DNA from: a virus
Lineage: Duplodnaviria > Caudoviricetes
Virus record (IMG/VR): IMGVR_UViG_3300046522_000316
Span: 128,001 to 192,000 of that record
Reading direction: 5' to 3' (one strand)
DNA length: 64,000 bases
In this document: piece by piece, positions 25,792-33,515 of the stretch
Numbering within the stretch: the first letter of the stretch is position 1
Layout: each line of letters begins with the position of its first letter
Translations under genes and position numbers: made by a program
Notes under the pieces: generated by a model
Seen by the model: only the letters and a program-made list of their open reading frames with translations
Database searches by the model: none
What the model was told of the DNA's origin: nothing

Positions 25792-28455
25792 ATGCTAATT
25801 GACTTGGCTTTCCTCGGTACAGCAGCGGTTTCAATGCGTAGTGCTTTGAAATACCGCCGCAATTGGGATAAGAACGGGCCGACCGTTCAACTGCTTCGCA
25901 AATTCATGCCGCGTGGTTCCAAAGGGTTTCGCGTTTATGTTCCCATTGGTCACGCACAAGTTACGAACAACGTGGTCATTCCGTTGCCAGTTCGTTTGGC
26001 CGTTCGCAAAGCCGGTTTCCGCATCACTGATTACCGGGCGAAACGCTGCGTTAAGCTGAACGATAAAGATCAGAAAAACGTATTCAATATCGGTAAGGTT
26101 ATTTCGAAAGATTCCGTGGCTAAGGCCGCATTCGACAATGACCCGCAATTGCAGAACAGTTCTACCTCCGAATTCACAATGGTTATTTCCTGTCACCCAT
26201 ACGACATTATCGGTATGTCCACTGGCCGTGATTGGGATGAAACCAGCTGCATGCGCATGGGCGATTATCGCGACGATTACAGCGATGGTTCCAACGTCAG
26301 TTATTTGAAACACGACGTGGCCGAAGGAACGTTGGTTGTTTACGCCGTGCGCTCTGATGATCCAAATATCACGAAACCGTTGGGTCGTTGCCTGTTGAAA
26401 CCTTTCCTGCGTGATGACGGATCGGGTTCTATTTTCTACCGTCGTGAAACCGATGTTTATGGCAACCCGGTTCCCGGTCTGGCTGAAACGTTGGCGCGCT
26501 TCCTGCGCAAATTGAATGCCGGTGTTCCTGCCGGGATTTATAAGCTCAACGAAAAGCTTTACAACGACGGCCTTGTACCGCGTGCAGAGAACGATGGTTC
26601 TTCCGAAGGGCCAACCGTTGACTGGGCAGTGGTTGACGATCAGCAGAAGCTGAAAGAACGCCCGGAAATGTTTGCAGATTTTGCGAACTATTTGATGAAA
26701 CGAAACGCGGAAGGAATCACCGACACCAGTGTGGTGATCAACATCCTGATCGACCATGCAAAAACGATCAACGCACGTTTCGTTAAACCAGCGGCCCGCG
26801 TACTTGCCAATCCGAAATTCGCTGCTGCATTCCTTGAACATGCTGCGTCTTCTTTCTCGGATTCCGATTCGGATAGCATCGCTAAATTCATGGCATCGCC
26901 TGAGTTCCGCCGTGCGCTGTTGCTGGCTGAACGCGAAGCAGAAGAGGCGCCGGATACCTACCGTTCGCTTTCGTTCCTGAGTCCGAAAAACGCACATCGT
27001 TATTTCGTGCGTGAAGTAAAAGACAATCCGGACAATTACAACTATGCGGCAATCAGCTACGCGTGCGGCACCGTTGACCTGTTGCCGGACGATGTTGAAT
27101 CCATTCCAGAACTGCACAAACTCGTATTTAAATATGCGGAATTGATTCGCGAAAGTTCTGTGTTTGGTTCGACTGCCTATCAGGAATCGGCACACCGCGT
27201 GCTGTCTACGGTTGAGCCGTACAAAGGCGATTACACGGAAGCGGAAATTCAGGATATCGCGGTAACGTTGGCCGGTGACAAAAAGACTTATCGCGCAATC
27301 ATCGCGTGGTTTATCAATTCCACCAGCGCAAACGACATTGTGACCTCTGATCTGCTGGCCGGTTTCATTCGCGAAGCCCGTTTCCGTTGGGCGCTGCGTG
27401 ATCGTCGGATGCGTAAACGAATTCTCGGCCTGAAAAACATTTCTGCAACAGCGCAAGAAATGGTTGTGCGGTCTATCGACGAACTGATGGACAACCACGA
27501 CGCACAGGATGCAGCCAGCATTCAACGTGACCTGATTGCCCATATGCGCCGTGGTGGTTTCGACTGCCTGACTGCGAAGATGTATATGCGCATTTTGGGT
27601 AACGCACCGCAGCTGTTTAAATCCATCTGGTATTCGCAGGAAAACGAACTCAATGCCAATCTGGTCGAAGAGCTTCTGACCCGGCCTTCGATGTTGAGCA
27701 ACTGCGTTCGTGAGAATCCAGATGCTGTGCCGCAAAACGAATTCCAGAAGAATATTTTCCGTGTGGCGAAAACGTTCGTGGTTGTAATCGGGGAACCAAC
27801 CGAGGAAGACAAAAAGATCGGCGTTGTCGATCCGGACGTAATGAAAATTCTGGTTAAATTCGGTGGTGGAATGCGTGCCCTTGGGCATTACATTATCAAC
27901 CTCGCGGATTACCCGGACTTGCTGAACGGTTCGACCTACGTTGGCGCCGGTATTTTCCCGCTGGATTTGATCGGTGAAGACAACGGCCACAAGTTCCTTG
28001 AATCGCTGCGAGAAAAAGATATCGACGCAACGCAAACCCTGTTGAAAGCTGTAGCGCACGATTTCGCGCAAATGGGTTTGTACGCGGGCGCAGCTACCCG
28101 GCAGAATCGCGTTCTCAGTAATGCCGGTGCCCCTAGCGGTATTGCAACGATGGCGAAATCCCCGCCAGAATTCGCGGTCGCGGCCCAAGGGCGTTACGTT
28201 GCGGCAATTCAGAAGGTGAACAGTTTTATCGAAAACTTCCCGGTAAACGGGACTATCGAAGACTGGGAAAAACTTCTGCCTCTGATGGATATGGAACATC
28301 TGCCAGCCTTCAACGAAATGGTGGACGGCATGCTGGATAATCAGCGGCAAGTTCAACAGACCGCGCAGATGTTTGCGATGTTTGCCCAAGGCGAAACGAA
28401 AGAGGCATTGAAGGCCGCGCTTCCGCCTGACTGGCTCACGATAAAGGATTTGTAA
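25792..28455 (+). CDS. tagged paralogue 3 of the HPYD-GMST family (887 aa)
   Basis: MLIDLAFLGTAAVSMRSALKYRRNW; VISCHPYDIIGMSTGRDWDETSCMR, EGTLVVY, YGNPVPG. Confidence 0.85.
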   Translation: MLIDLAFLGTAAVSMRSALKYRRNWDKNGPTVQLLRKFMPRGSKGFRVYVPIGHAQVTNNVVIPLPVRLAVRKAGFRITDYRAKRCVKLNDKDQKNVFNIGKVISKDSVAKAAFDNDPQLQNSSTSEFTMVISCHPYDIIGMSTGRDWDETSCMRMGDYRDDYSDGSNVSYLKHDVAEGTLVVYAVRSDDPNITKPLGRCLLKPFLRDDGSGSIFYRRETDVYGNPVPGLAETLARFLRKLNAGVPAGIYKLNEKLYNDGLVPRAENDGSSEGPTVDWAVVDDQQKLKERPEMFADFANYLMKRNAEGITDTSVVINILIDHAKTINARFVKPAARVLANPKFAAAFLEHAASSFSDSDSDSIAKFMASPEFRRALLLAEREAEEAPDTYRSLSFLSPKNAHRYFVREVKDNPDNYNYAAISYACGTVDLLPDDVESIPELHKLVFKYAELIRESSVFGSTAYQESAHRVLSTVEPYKGDYTEAEIQDIAVTLAGDKKTYRAIIAWFINSTSANDIVTSDLLAGFIREARFRWALRDRRMRKRILGLKNISATAQEMVVRSIDELMDNHDAQDAASIQRDLIAHMRRGGFDCLTAKMYMRILGNAPQLFKSIWYSQENELNANLVEELLTRPSMLSNCVRENPDAVPQNEFQKNIFRVAKTFVVVIGEPTEEDKKIGVVDPDVMKILVKFGGGMRALGHYIINLADYPDLLNGSTYVGAGIFPLDLIGEDNGHKFLESLREKDIDATQTLLKAVAHDFAQMGLYAGAATRQNRVLSNAGAPSGIATMAKSPPEFAVAAQGRYVAAIQKVNSFIENFPVNGTIEDWEKLLPLMDMEHLPAFNEMVDGMLDNQRQVQQTAQMFAMFAQGETKEALKAALPPDWLTIKDL

Positions 28456-28881
28456 ATGGAACTTTTTATTGCACTAGCTGCCGAGGATGTGAGCGCACGG
28501 ATTTCTGACGGTGTGCGTTCCATTCTGAAAAAGTCGTACAGTTCGTTGTTTGCCAATGTGTTCGTGCGGGTTTTCGATATTGATGATCGGCACAAATCTG
28601 ATATCAAAATCGTTCGTGAAATGGCGAAAGAATTTGCACCGGTTTGGGTTACTGTCGAGAACGCACAGCACGATATCGTGACGTTTGTTTTCGCGGTGCC
28701 TACGCTGGCGCCTGTGCTGCACATTCCGAATCCGCCGCTGGCCTACGTGATCCACAACGAAAAAGTCGAGCAATTCAAACTCGAACCACGCGTTGTACAG
28801 GTTCGCGGTGCTGACTACGCAATCGCTGCTGCTGTCGCACGCCGGGCACCGAACTTTATCGAAATTGGAGTGAGCAAATAA
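28456..28881 (+). CDS. hypothetical tagged protein (MELFIALAAE)
   Basis: 141-aa ORF carrying the tag. Confidence 0.8.
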   Translation: MELFIALAAEDVSARISDGVRSILKKSYSSLFANVFVRVFDIDDRHKSDIKIVREMAKEFAPVWVTVENAQHDIVTFVFAVPTLAPVLHIPNPPLAYVIHNEKVEQFKLEPRVVQVRGADYAIAAAVARRAPNFIEIGVSK

Positions 28882-29105
28882 TGGAAATGATCCTCTCGCT
28901 TGCGCGGGCTGGATCGGCGGAACGGTGGGATGCAATTCCAGAAGTACGGTTCGACCGTGCGAAGGAAGGGCACTCACTGAATGCGTCCGGCAAACTCACA
29001 AAAAAGCGCCGCAGAAAACGCCTGAAAAGCGGACTGATCGACACGCCTCTAAAGGGCGCAGAGAAACGGCAAATGGATATTCAGGACACGGTTAGATGCC
29101 CGTGA
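28881..29105 (+). CDS. small basic tagged protein (MEMILSLARA)
   Basis: 74-aa ORF with a tag variant and a KKRRRKRLK stretch. Confidence 0.7.
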   Translation: MEMILSLARAGSAERWDAIPEVRFDRAKEGHSLNASGKLTKKRRRKRLKSGLIDTPLKGAEKRQMDIQDTVRCP

Positions 29106-29112
29106 GGTAGAT

Positions 29113-29376
29113 ATGCCAAAGCTAACAATTAAAGGTCGTGCCAAACAATCGGATGGCGTGCAAAAACCTGAACACGATGGCGCTCGCATTTTACGTTGGG
29201 AAGACGACGACAAAATGATGCACGATGTACCGAAGGCTAAAAAAGCTTCGTTGCTGAAAGATCGCACGCGTTCCGGGCAGCAAGGCGCCATGGCTTTCCC
29301 GCACGATTACATCGACAAAATGCACGTGTCCAAATCGAACTGGTTGGGCCGTCGTGAACGGGGACGCCAACGATGA
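29113..29376 (+). CDS. hypothetical basic protein
   Basis: 87-aa ORF preceded by GAGG. Confidence 0.7.
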   Translation: MPKLTIKGRAKQSDGVQKPEHDGARILRWEDDDKMMHDVPKAKKASLLKDRTRSGQQGAMAFPHDYIDKMHVSKSNWLGRRERGRQR

Positions 29377-29999
29377 CCGAGATTACGATTGACGGGTGGG
29401 CCTGCGACAACGAAGACAAAGAACCAGTCGAATCGACCGGGCGTCTTCGTGATATTTTCGGTGATCCTTTTAAAGATTTCCGCGAAATGCAGGACGCGAA
29501 GAAAAAGAATCAGTGGCAAGAAATCGAAATTGATTTGAATCCAGAAGTGAACCCGCTGTCGCCCGAAGGTTTCGACCAGACGTTTCAGCAGGTTGCGCAG
29601 GCCACGAAACCGCGACCGAAAGGGATTGGTGAAGACTGGTTCCGTTCGTTGCTGCGCAAAGGCCTTCAGAACGCGCAGGCCAACAAAGAACGCAACGCAC
29701 TGGCAACCGCTAGCGATCCAACTGGAAAGCAGCAGCACGGCGACCACAAGGCCGATGGCAAGTTGGCACGCACGGCGAAAGTGGCACAAGACCACAAGAT
29801 GAAAAAGCAGCAAGCTTTGCGGGATCTGCAAAAGCGTTTGGCAACCGTCAACAGCAAACGCCCGAAAGATCCAACGAAGGTAAAAGCGTGGTCGGATCGT
29901 CGCCAAGCGCTGGTGAAAAAGATTGCAGAAAAACGTGAGTCGATGCGTTTCTCTGACAAGCGTGTGGCTGGTCTACGGGAGGAACGCCGTGGAAATTGA
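29373..29999 (+). CDS. hypothetical protein with basic helical C-terminus
   Basis: 208-aa ORF, ATGA overlap with the upstream gene. Confidence 0.7.
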   Translation: MTEITIDGWACDNEDKEPVESTGRLRDIFGDPFKDFREMQDAKKKNQWQEIEIDLNPEVNPLSPEGFDQTFQQVAQATKPRPKGIGEDWFRSLLRKGLQNAQANKERNALATASDPTGKQQHGDHKADGKLARTAKVAQDHKMKKQQALRDLQKRLATVNSKRPKDPTKVKAWSDRRQALVKKIAEKRESMRFSDKRVAGLREERRGN

Positions 30000-30375
30000 A
30001 ATGGATTTTCAGAAACCGAATGGACTCGAATTAAGCACGCTGCACAATTTGGGGCAGATGCTTATCGAGTACATGCCGGACTGGTCGCCAAATTATATGC
30101 GCTGTGATTCGCCTGTCGATCTTCGGGGTTTCTTCCTGAATGGCAAAATGTTCACCCGCGCAACGTATCAGTTTTCCAAATACGGAAATGAATTCTTTAT
30201 TCACGTGGACTTCCGCGACACCGTGGAAATTTATGTGGTTCAGAAAAAGGTCGGGGAAGTTATCCGGCGCAAACTTTACACTGTGGATAGGCCGGATAGC
30301 CTGAAACTTTTCCGCATCATTACAGACGAATTGGAGACGGCTACTAATGCCTATCAAGAAAGCGAAGCCAATTAA
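29989..30375 (+). CDS. hypothetical protein
   Basis: GTG 29989 follows GGGAGGA (within the 29923-30375 ORF). Confidence 0.7.
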   Translation: MEIEMDFQKPNGLELSTLHNLGQMLIEYMPDWSPNYMRCDSPVDLRGFFLNGKMFTRATYQFSKYGNEFFIHVDFRDTVEIYVVQKKVGEVIRRKLYTVDRPDSLKLFRIITDELETATNAYQESEAN

Positions 30376-30787
30376 AAAGTCCAGCACCAAGTCTGGCAAG
30401 AAAGCAAAAGTCAGTGCGGTTGCAACGCGGGCGCGTAAGCTGGGCCTGACTTCGCACGGTTATGGTCGGTGGGGTAAAAACGGGCGTATCACGCACCGTA
30501 CCGCTGGCAATAAATTGGTCGAAGTTAAAGACAGCAAACACAACCGGGTAATGACTCGCGAAGGCAAAAGCAAAGCCAGTACCTTGCTTGCAAAAATGAG
30601 CGCCGACTACACGCAGAAAGCCGTGAAAATCAAAATGGCACTCAAGAAGGCAGAAGGCCGCGACGACAAAGAACAGGTTTCCCATCTGAAACAGTTGCTC
30701 GCCAAAGCTCAGAAAGAAATGGAAAAGGCGCGTGAGCGTACTTTGAAACTGCATGGCCGTCCGAAGAAACAAGCGGGCGCCGCGTAA
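30347..30787 (+). CDS. Lys-rich basic protein (possible DNA-binding core protein)
   Basis: MPIKKAKPIKKSSTKSGKKAK..., very basic throughout. Last gene before the convergent terminator. Confidence 0.7.
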   Translation: MPIKKAKPIKKSSTKSGKKAKVSAVATRARKLGLTSHGYGRWGKNGRITHRTAGNKLVEVKDSKHNRVMTREGKSKASTLLAKMSADYTQKAVKIKMALKKAEGRDDKEQVSHLKQLLAKAQKEMEKARERTLKLHGRPKKQAGAA

Positions 30788-30801
30788 ATTGACCACAAAC
30801 A

Positions 30802-30845
30802 AAAAAGCCCCCGAATCCAATGCGGAAACGGGGGCTTTTTCTTTT
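30802..30845. terminator. bidirectional terminator between convergent units
   Basis: AAAAAGCCCCCG-loop-CGGGGGCTTTTT, with an A-run on the left and a T-run on the right. Confidence 0.85.
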
Positions 30846-30848
30846 CTG

Positions 30849-31085
30849 TTACATGCTGAACAGTACGTTGCGGTCTAGGTCGTGTTTATCGCAGAACACT
30901 TGGGCTTCCCGTTCTGCATTAGCTGCTTCTGATGCGGTGTAGATACCAGATGCAGCGCGACGGGCCGCTAGTTCTGCCTGTAGATAATCCGTCATGAATA
31001 CCGCCAGCTTAACGGATGCGCCGTGGCAGATTTCAACGCCTTCAGCGGCCAATACACGGGCGATTGCGTCTTCTAGGTCGTTCAT
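30849..31085 (-). CDS. small hypothetical protein, stand-alone gene
   Basis: ATG 31085 (MNDLEDAIARVLAAEG...) has AGGA upstream. The ORF-track start at 31160 runs through its promoter. Confidence 0.7.
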   Translation of the reverse strand: MNDLEDAIARVLAAEGVEICHGASVKLAVFMTDYLQAELAARRAASGIYTASEAANAEREAQVFCDKHDLDRNVLFSM

Positions 31086-31126
31086 TGTGGGGCTTCCTGA
31101 GTTGTGAAAGAGCGGGTGAAGGCCCA

Positions 31127-31156
31127 AAGGTATCAAAGGCCCGGCCTGCAAGTCAA
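31127..31156 (-). promoter_or_regulatory. sigma70-like promoter TTGACT-N18-TACCTT with TGn extension
   Basis: On the minus strand, -35 at 31156-31151 and -10 at 31132-31127 preceded by TGA. Sits immediately downstream of a terminator. Confidence 0.55.
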
Positions 31157-31165
31157 CCACAAACG

Positions 31166-31201
31166 AAAAAGCCCCGCAGGCACAAGGCTTTACGGGGCTT
31201 T
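31166..31201 (-). terminator. intrinsic terminator of the minus-strand operon
   Basis: AAAGCCCCG-loop-CGGGGCTTT; the T-run on the minus strand is at 31170-31166. Confidence 0.8.
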
Positions 31202-31203
31202 GA

Positions 31204-31506
31204 TTACTCGACGATCAGCGCAGTTTTTTCAGCGAGCCTGATATAACACTCGACGCCGCGACTGCTGCCCGTCGAATGAATATACATGTGCAACGCATTC
31301 ATATGTTTCGGGAGGCCGTGTTCATTCCCCAAGAAAATATAATTGCTGAAATCTTCGTGAGGAATCCACTCGCTGACCAGACGTTTTAGTTCCGCTTCCA
31401 TTTCTGGCGTGCTGCGAAACGTCAATTTCGACCGGCCCCACAAATGCTTAAACGACGGGCCGAGTTTTCCACCTTCGAGAATTTGATGCATGGGCAACAA
31501 TTCCAT
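31204..31506 (-). CDS. hypothetical protein
   Basis: 100-aa ORF, AGGAGG upstream on the minus strand. Confidence 0.75.
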   Translation of the reverse strand: MELLPMHQILEGGKLGPSFKHLWGRSKLTFRSTPEMEAELKRLVSEWIPHEDFSNYIFLGNEHGLPKHMNALHMYIHSTGSSRGVECYIRLAEKTALIVE

Positions 31507-31514
31507 GACGCCTC

Positions 31515-31820
31515 CTAGATCGGGTAATTACCGCAGCAACTGACAATCAGGGTCTGGCCGTTTTTATCGCCGCTGGTGATAATCACGTCGTTGTTACGCA
31601 GGCCGTGAGAACCAGTCGCCAAGTTACGGAAATCGTCTTCACCGAATGCTTTGCAGTTGTCGAACTGCTTTGTGAATTCTGCGCGTGCGTCGAGACGTGT
31701 GCTAACCAACATCTGCACATCTGGAATACGCGCAATATAACCGCGAAACAGTTCCTCGATTTCGTCGAAGCTCATGGCGCCCATCTGGAAAAAGCATTGA
31801 TACGTGTCGATCTTTTTCAC
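31515..31820 (-). CDS. hypothetical protein
   Basis: 101-aa ORF, GTG start overlapping the folA stop. Confidence 0.7.
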   Translation of the reverse strand: MKKIDTYQCFFQMGAMSFDEIEELFRGYIARIPDVQMLVSTRLDARAEFTKQFDNCKAFGEDDFRNLATGSHGLRNNDVIITSGDKNGQTLIVSCCGNYPI

Positions 31821-32332
31821 ATCAAATACTCGTTGACCGTGTAGCGTTCATGTTCCGCAACGTTTTTCCATTCCAGCCGGTTGACCATGATGTGGTGGAA
31901 GAACGACGGGTGTACTTTCGCATCACATTCGAACGTATCTTGAATGTGCGTCACGCGGACTTTATCCGCCCGTGGCAATGCGTCCTGAATCAGGCGCACA
32001 CCGCCGATAACCCACGCCCATTCCAGATTGGATGCTTCACACAAAACGATTGCGATTTGAATTGCTTCCGCAAGCGAACGTGCAACGTGGAAATCCGCAC
32101 GGCCTTCAGGAACCACGAAGCTTTCACCGGGTGCAGAAGTGACCACGATATGCGGGCGACCGGGAAGCATACGCCCATCGAAAGATTCCCACGTCTTGCG
32201 GCCCATGATCATTGGCAGGCCCATCGTCTGATCTTTGAACTGCTGCAAATCCCCCGGAAAGTGCCATGGCATTTTACCGTCTTTGCCGATACCGCCCTCT
32301 TCGTCACACGCGAAAATAATACCGAGTTTCAT
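31817..32332 (-). CDS. folA: dihydrofolate reductase
   Basis: IFACDEEGGIGKDGKMPWHFPGDLQQFKDQTMG..MIMGRKTWESF...LPGRPHIVVT...WVIGG...THIQDTFECD. Confidence 0.95.
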   Translation of the reverse strand: MKLGIIFACDEEGGIGKDGKMPWHFPGDLQQFKDQTMGLPMIMGRKTWESFDGRMLPGRPHIVVTSAPGESFVVPEGRADFHVARSLAEAIQIAIVLCEASNLEWAWVIGGVRLIQDALPRADKVRVTHIQDTFECDAKVHPSFFHHIMVNRLEWKNVAEHERYTVNEYLM

Positions 32333-32616
32333 TTCAGAATCTCCGGATTGAATTGACCCACGAAAATGTCACCGGCATGCTGATTGATCGGGCGCTTTAC
32401 ACGCACGTGCAGCATACCGCGTTGGACATTGGCCGGTGTGGATTTTGGAACTTCGAAGTTATCCGAAATATTCTTCCGGAAATGTTCGACGTTCACAGGC
32501 GCACCACTGACCTCGACCACGAAGTGTTTCGAATCACACATAGCGCGCAGGAAAGCGACAGATGCGTCGATTACTGGCTGCTTAGGATTCTTGAACGGGT
32601 TGTGGTGGTCGCTCAT
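32329..32616 (-). CDS. hypothetical protein
   Basis: 95-aa ORF with ATGA overlaps on both sides. Confidence 0.7.
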   Translation of the reverse strand: MSDHHNPFKNPKQPVIDASVAFLRAMCDSKHFVVEVSGAPVNVEHFRKNISDNFEVPKSTPANVQRGMLHVRVKRPINQHAGDIFVGQFNPEILK

Positions 32617-32921
32617 GCCGCAGCCTGAACCTTACGGCGCTTGGACTTCGGCACCGTGATGTACGCAGTTTCCCAATAGCTGCTGATCTTTTTGTAATCT
32701 TCCGGAACGTTTTCAGCAGTGAGGAAACGCATCGGATTATCGCCGCAGAAATGTTTGATTTCTTCGGTGTACGAAGTCTTCGCTTGGGCCAGACGTGGCG
32801 CGCAGGTTTCGATCAACGTATCGAGTTGCATTGCTTCACCCGCGTCAGCACCTTCGAGCCAGTCAGTGTGGCCGATGGCTAAGGCACGTTTGGTTTTGTC
32901 GCAGATAAGGTAAATTTTCAC
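32613..32921 (-). CDS. hypothetical protein
   Basis: 102-aa ORF, coupled overlaps. Confidence 0.7.
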   Translation of the reverse strand: MKIYLICDKTKRALAIGHTDWLEGADAGEAMQLDTLIETCAPRLAQAKTSYTEEIKHFCGDNPMRFLTAENVPEDYKKISSYWETAYITVPKSKRRKVQAAA

Positions 32922-33250
32922 TGGAATTTCTCCAAGATGTTCAGAGCTTGGCGATTCACGGCGGTGATCAGGCGAATCGGTGCGCCGGTTTTGAAAGCGA
33001 TGCTCGGATTGAAAACCGGCAGGCCTTTGAAGTAGCCGACGTGGCCTTCTTCCAGCGATTCAGCTTCGAAATAAACGTGGTTCTGCATTTCCTTGAACAG
33101 AGGAGAAATACGGCAAATCACGATTGCCTTCACCGGCATATCGGGCTTGTCCAATTGCTCGGCGTCGGGCAGTGCGTAGGCCTGTGTCCAACCGTTGGTG
33201 TGTTCGTAGAGACGGTCGGAAATGTGGCACGGCATCGCGTAATGTTTCAT
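32918..33250 (-). CDS. hypothetical protein with one GHxGxxxxxPV module
   Basis: EEGHVGYFKGLPVF resembles NGHLGWYKSIPVY of 33516-34223. Confidence 0.7.
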   Translation of the reverse strand: MKHYAMPCHISDRLYEHTNGWTQAYALPDAEQLDKPDMPVKAIVICRISPLFKEMQNHVYFEAESLEEGHVGYFKGLPVFNPSIAFKTGAPIRLITAVNRQALNILEKFQ

Positions 33251-33253
33251 GAT

Positions 33254-33514
33254 TTACTCCAGTGTGATTTTGCGTTCGTTTTGAAACGTGATTGATGTTT
33301 TTGCACAGCCCGTAACGATCCGGGTTTTGCCGAGATTAAAACTGGGCTGTGACAGCATGTGCTTTTTCTGGATCAACTGAAAGCAGCCCTTGGGCCAGAC
33401 GTTCAGACTCAACAGGATTTCTTCGTAGTCCGCCGAAAGCTCAACTTCAAGCGGACAGAAAATATAGTGCAGCAGAAATTCTTTACGCTTTTTGTCGAAC
33501 AGTTCGGCGTCCAA
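33254..33514 (-). CDS. hypothetical protein
   Basis: 86-aa ORF in the operon. Confidence 0.65.
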   Translation of the reverse strand: MDAELFDKKRKEFLLHYIFCPLEVELSADYEEILLSLNVWPKGCFQLIQKKHMLSQPSFNLGKTRIVTGCAKTSITFQNERKITLE

Positions 33515-33515
33515 T

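Noticed and set aside
25831-28389. Very long antisense ORFs (852 aa here; also 44175-46397, 22963-24795, 37693-39522, 39050-40411 and 60288-61640)
   Set aside because: Each lies opposite a well-supported plus-strand gene and has no recognisable motifs. Scarcity of TTA/CTA/TCA codons in the sense frame explains such shadow ORFs.
15606-29105. The shared N-terminal tag as a Sec, lipoprotein or prepilin signal peptide
   Set aside because: Although it ends in A-x-A, it usually has an acidic residue at position 2, no basic n-region and a hydrophobic stretch of only ~7 residues. There is no lipobox Cys or G|FxxxE, and the cargo includes a DNA topoisomerase.
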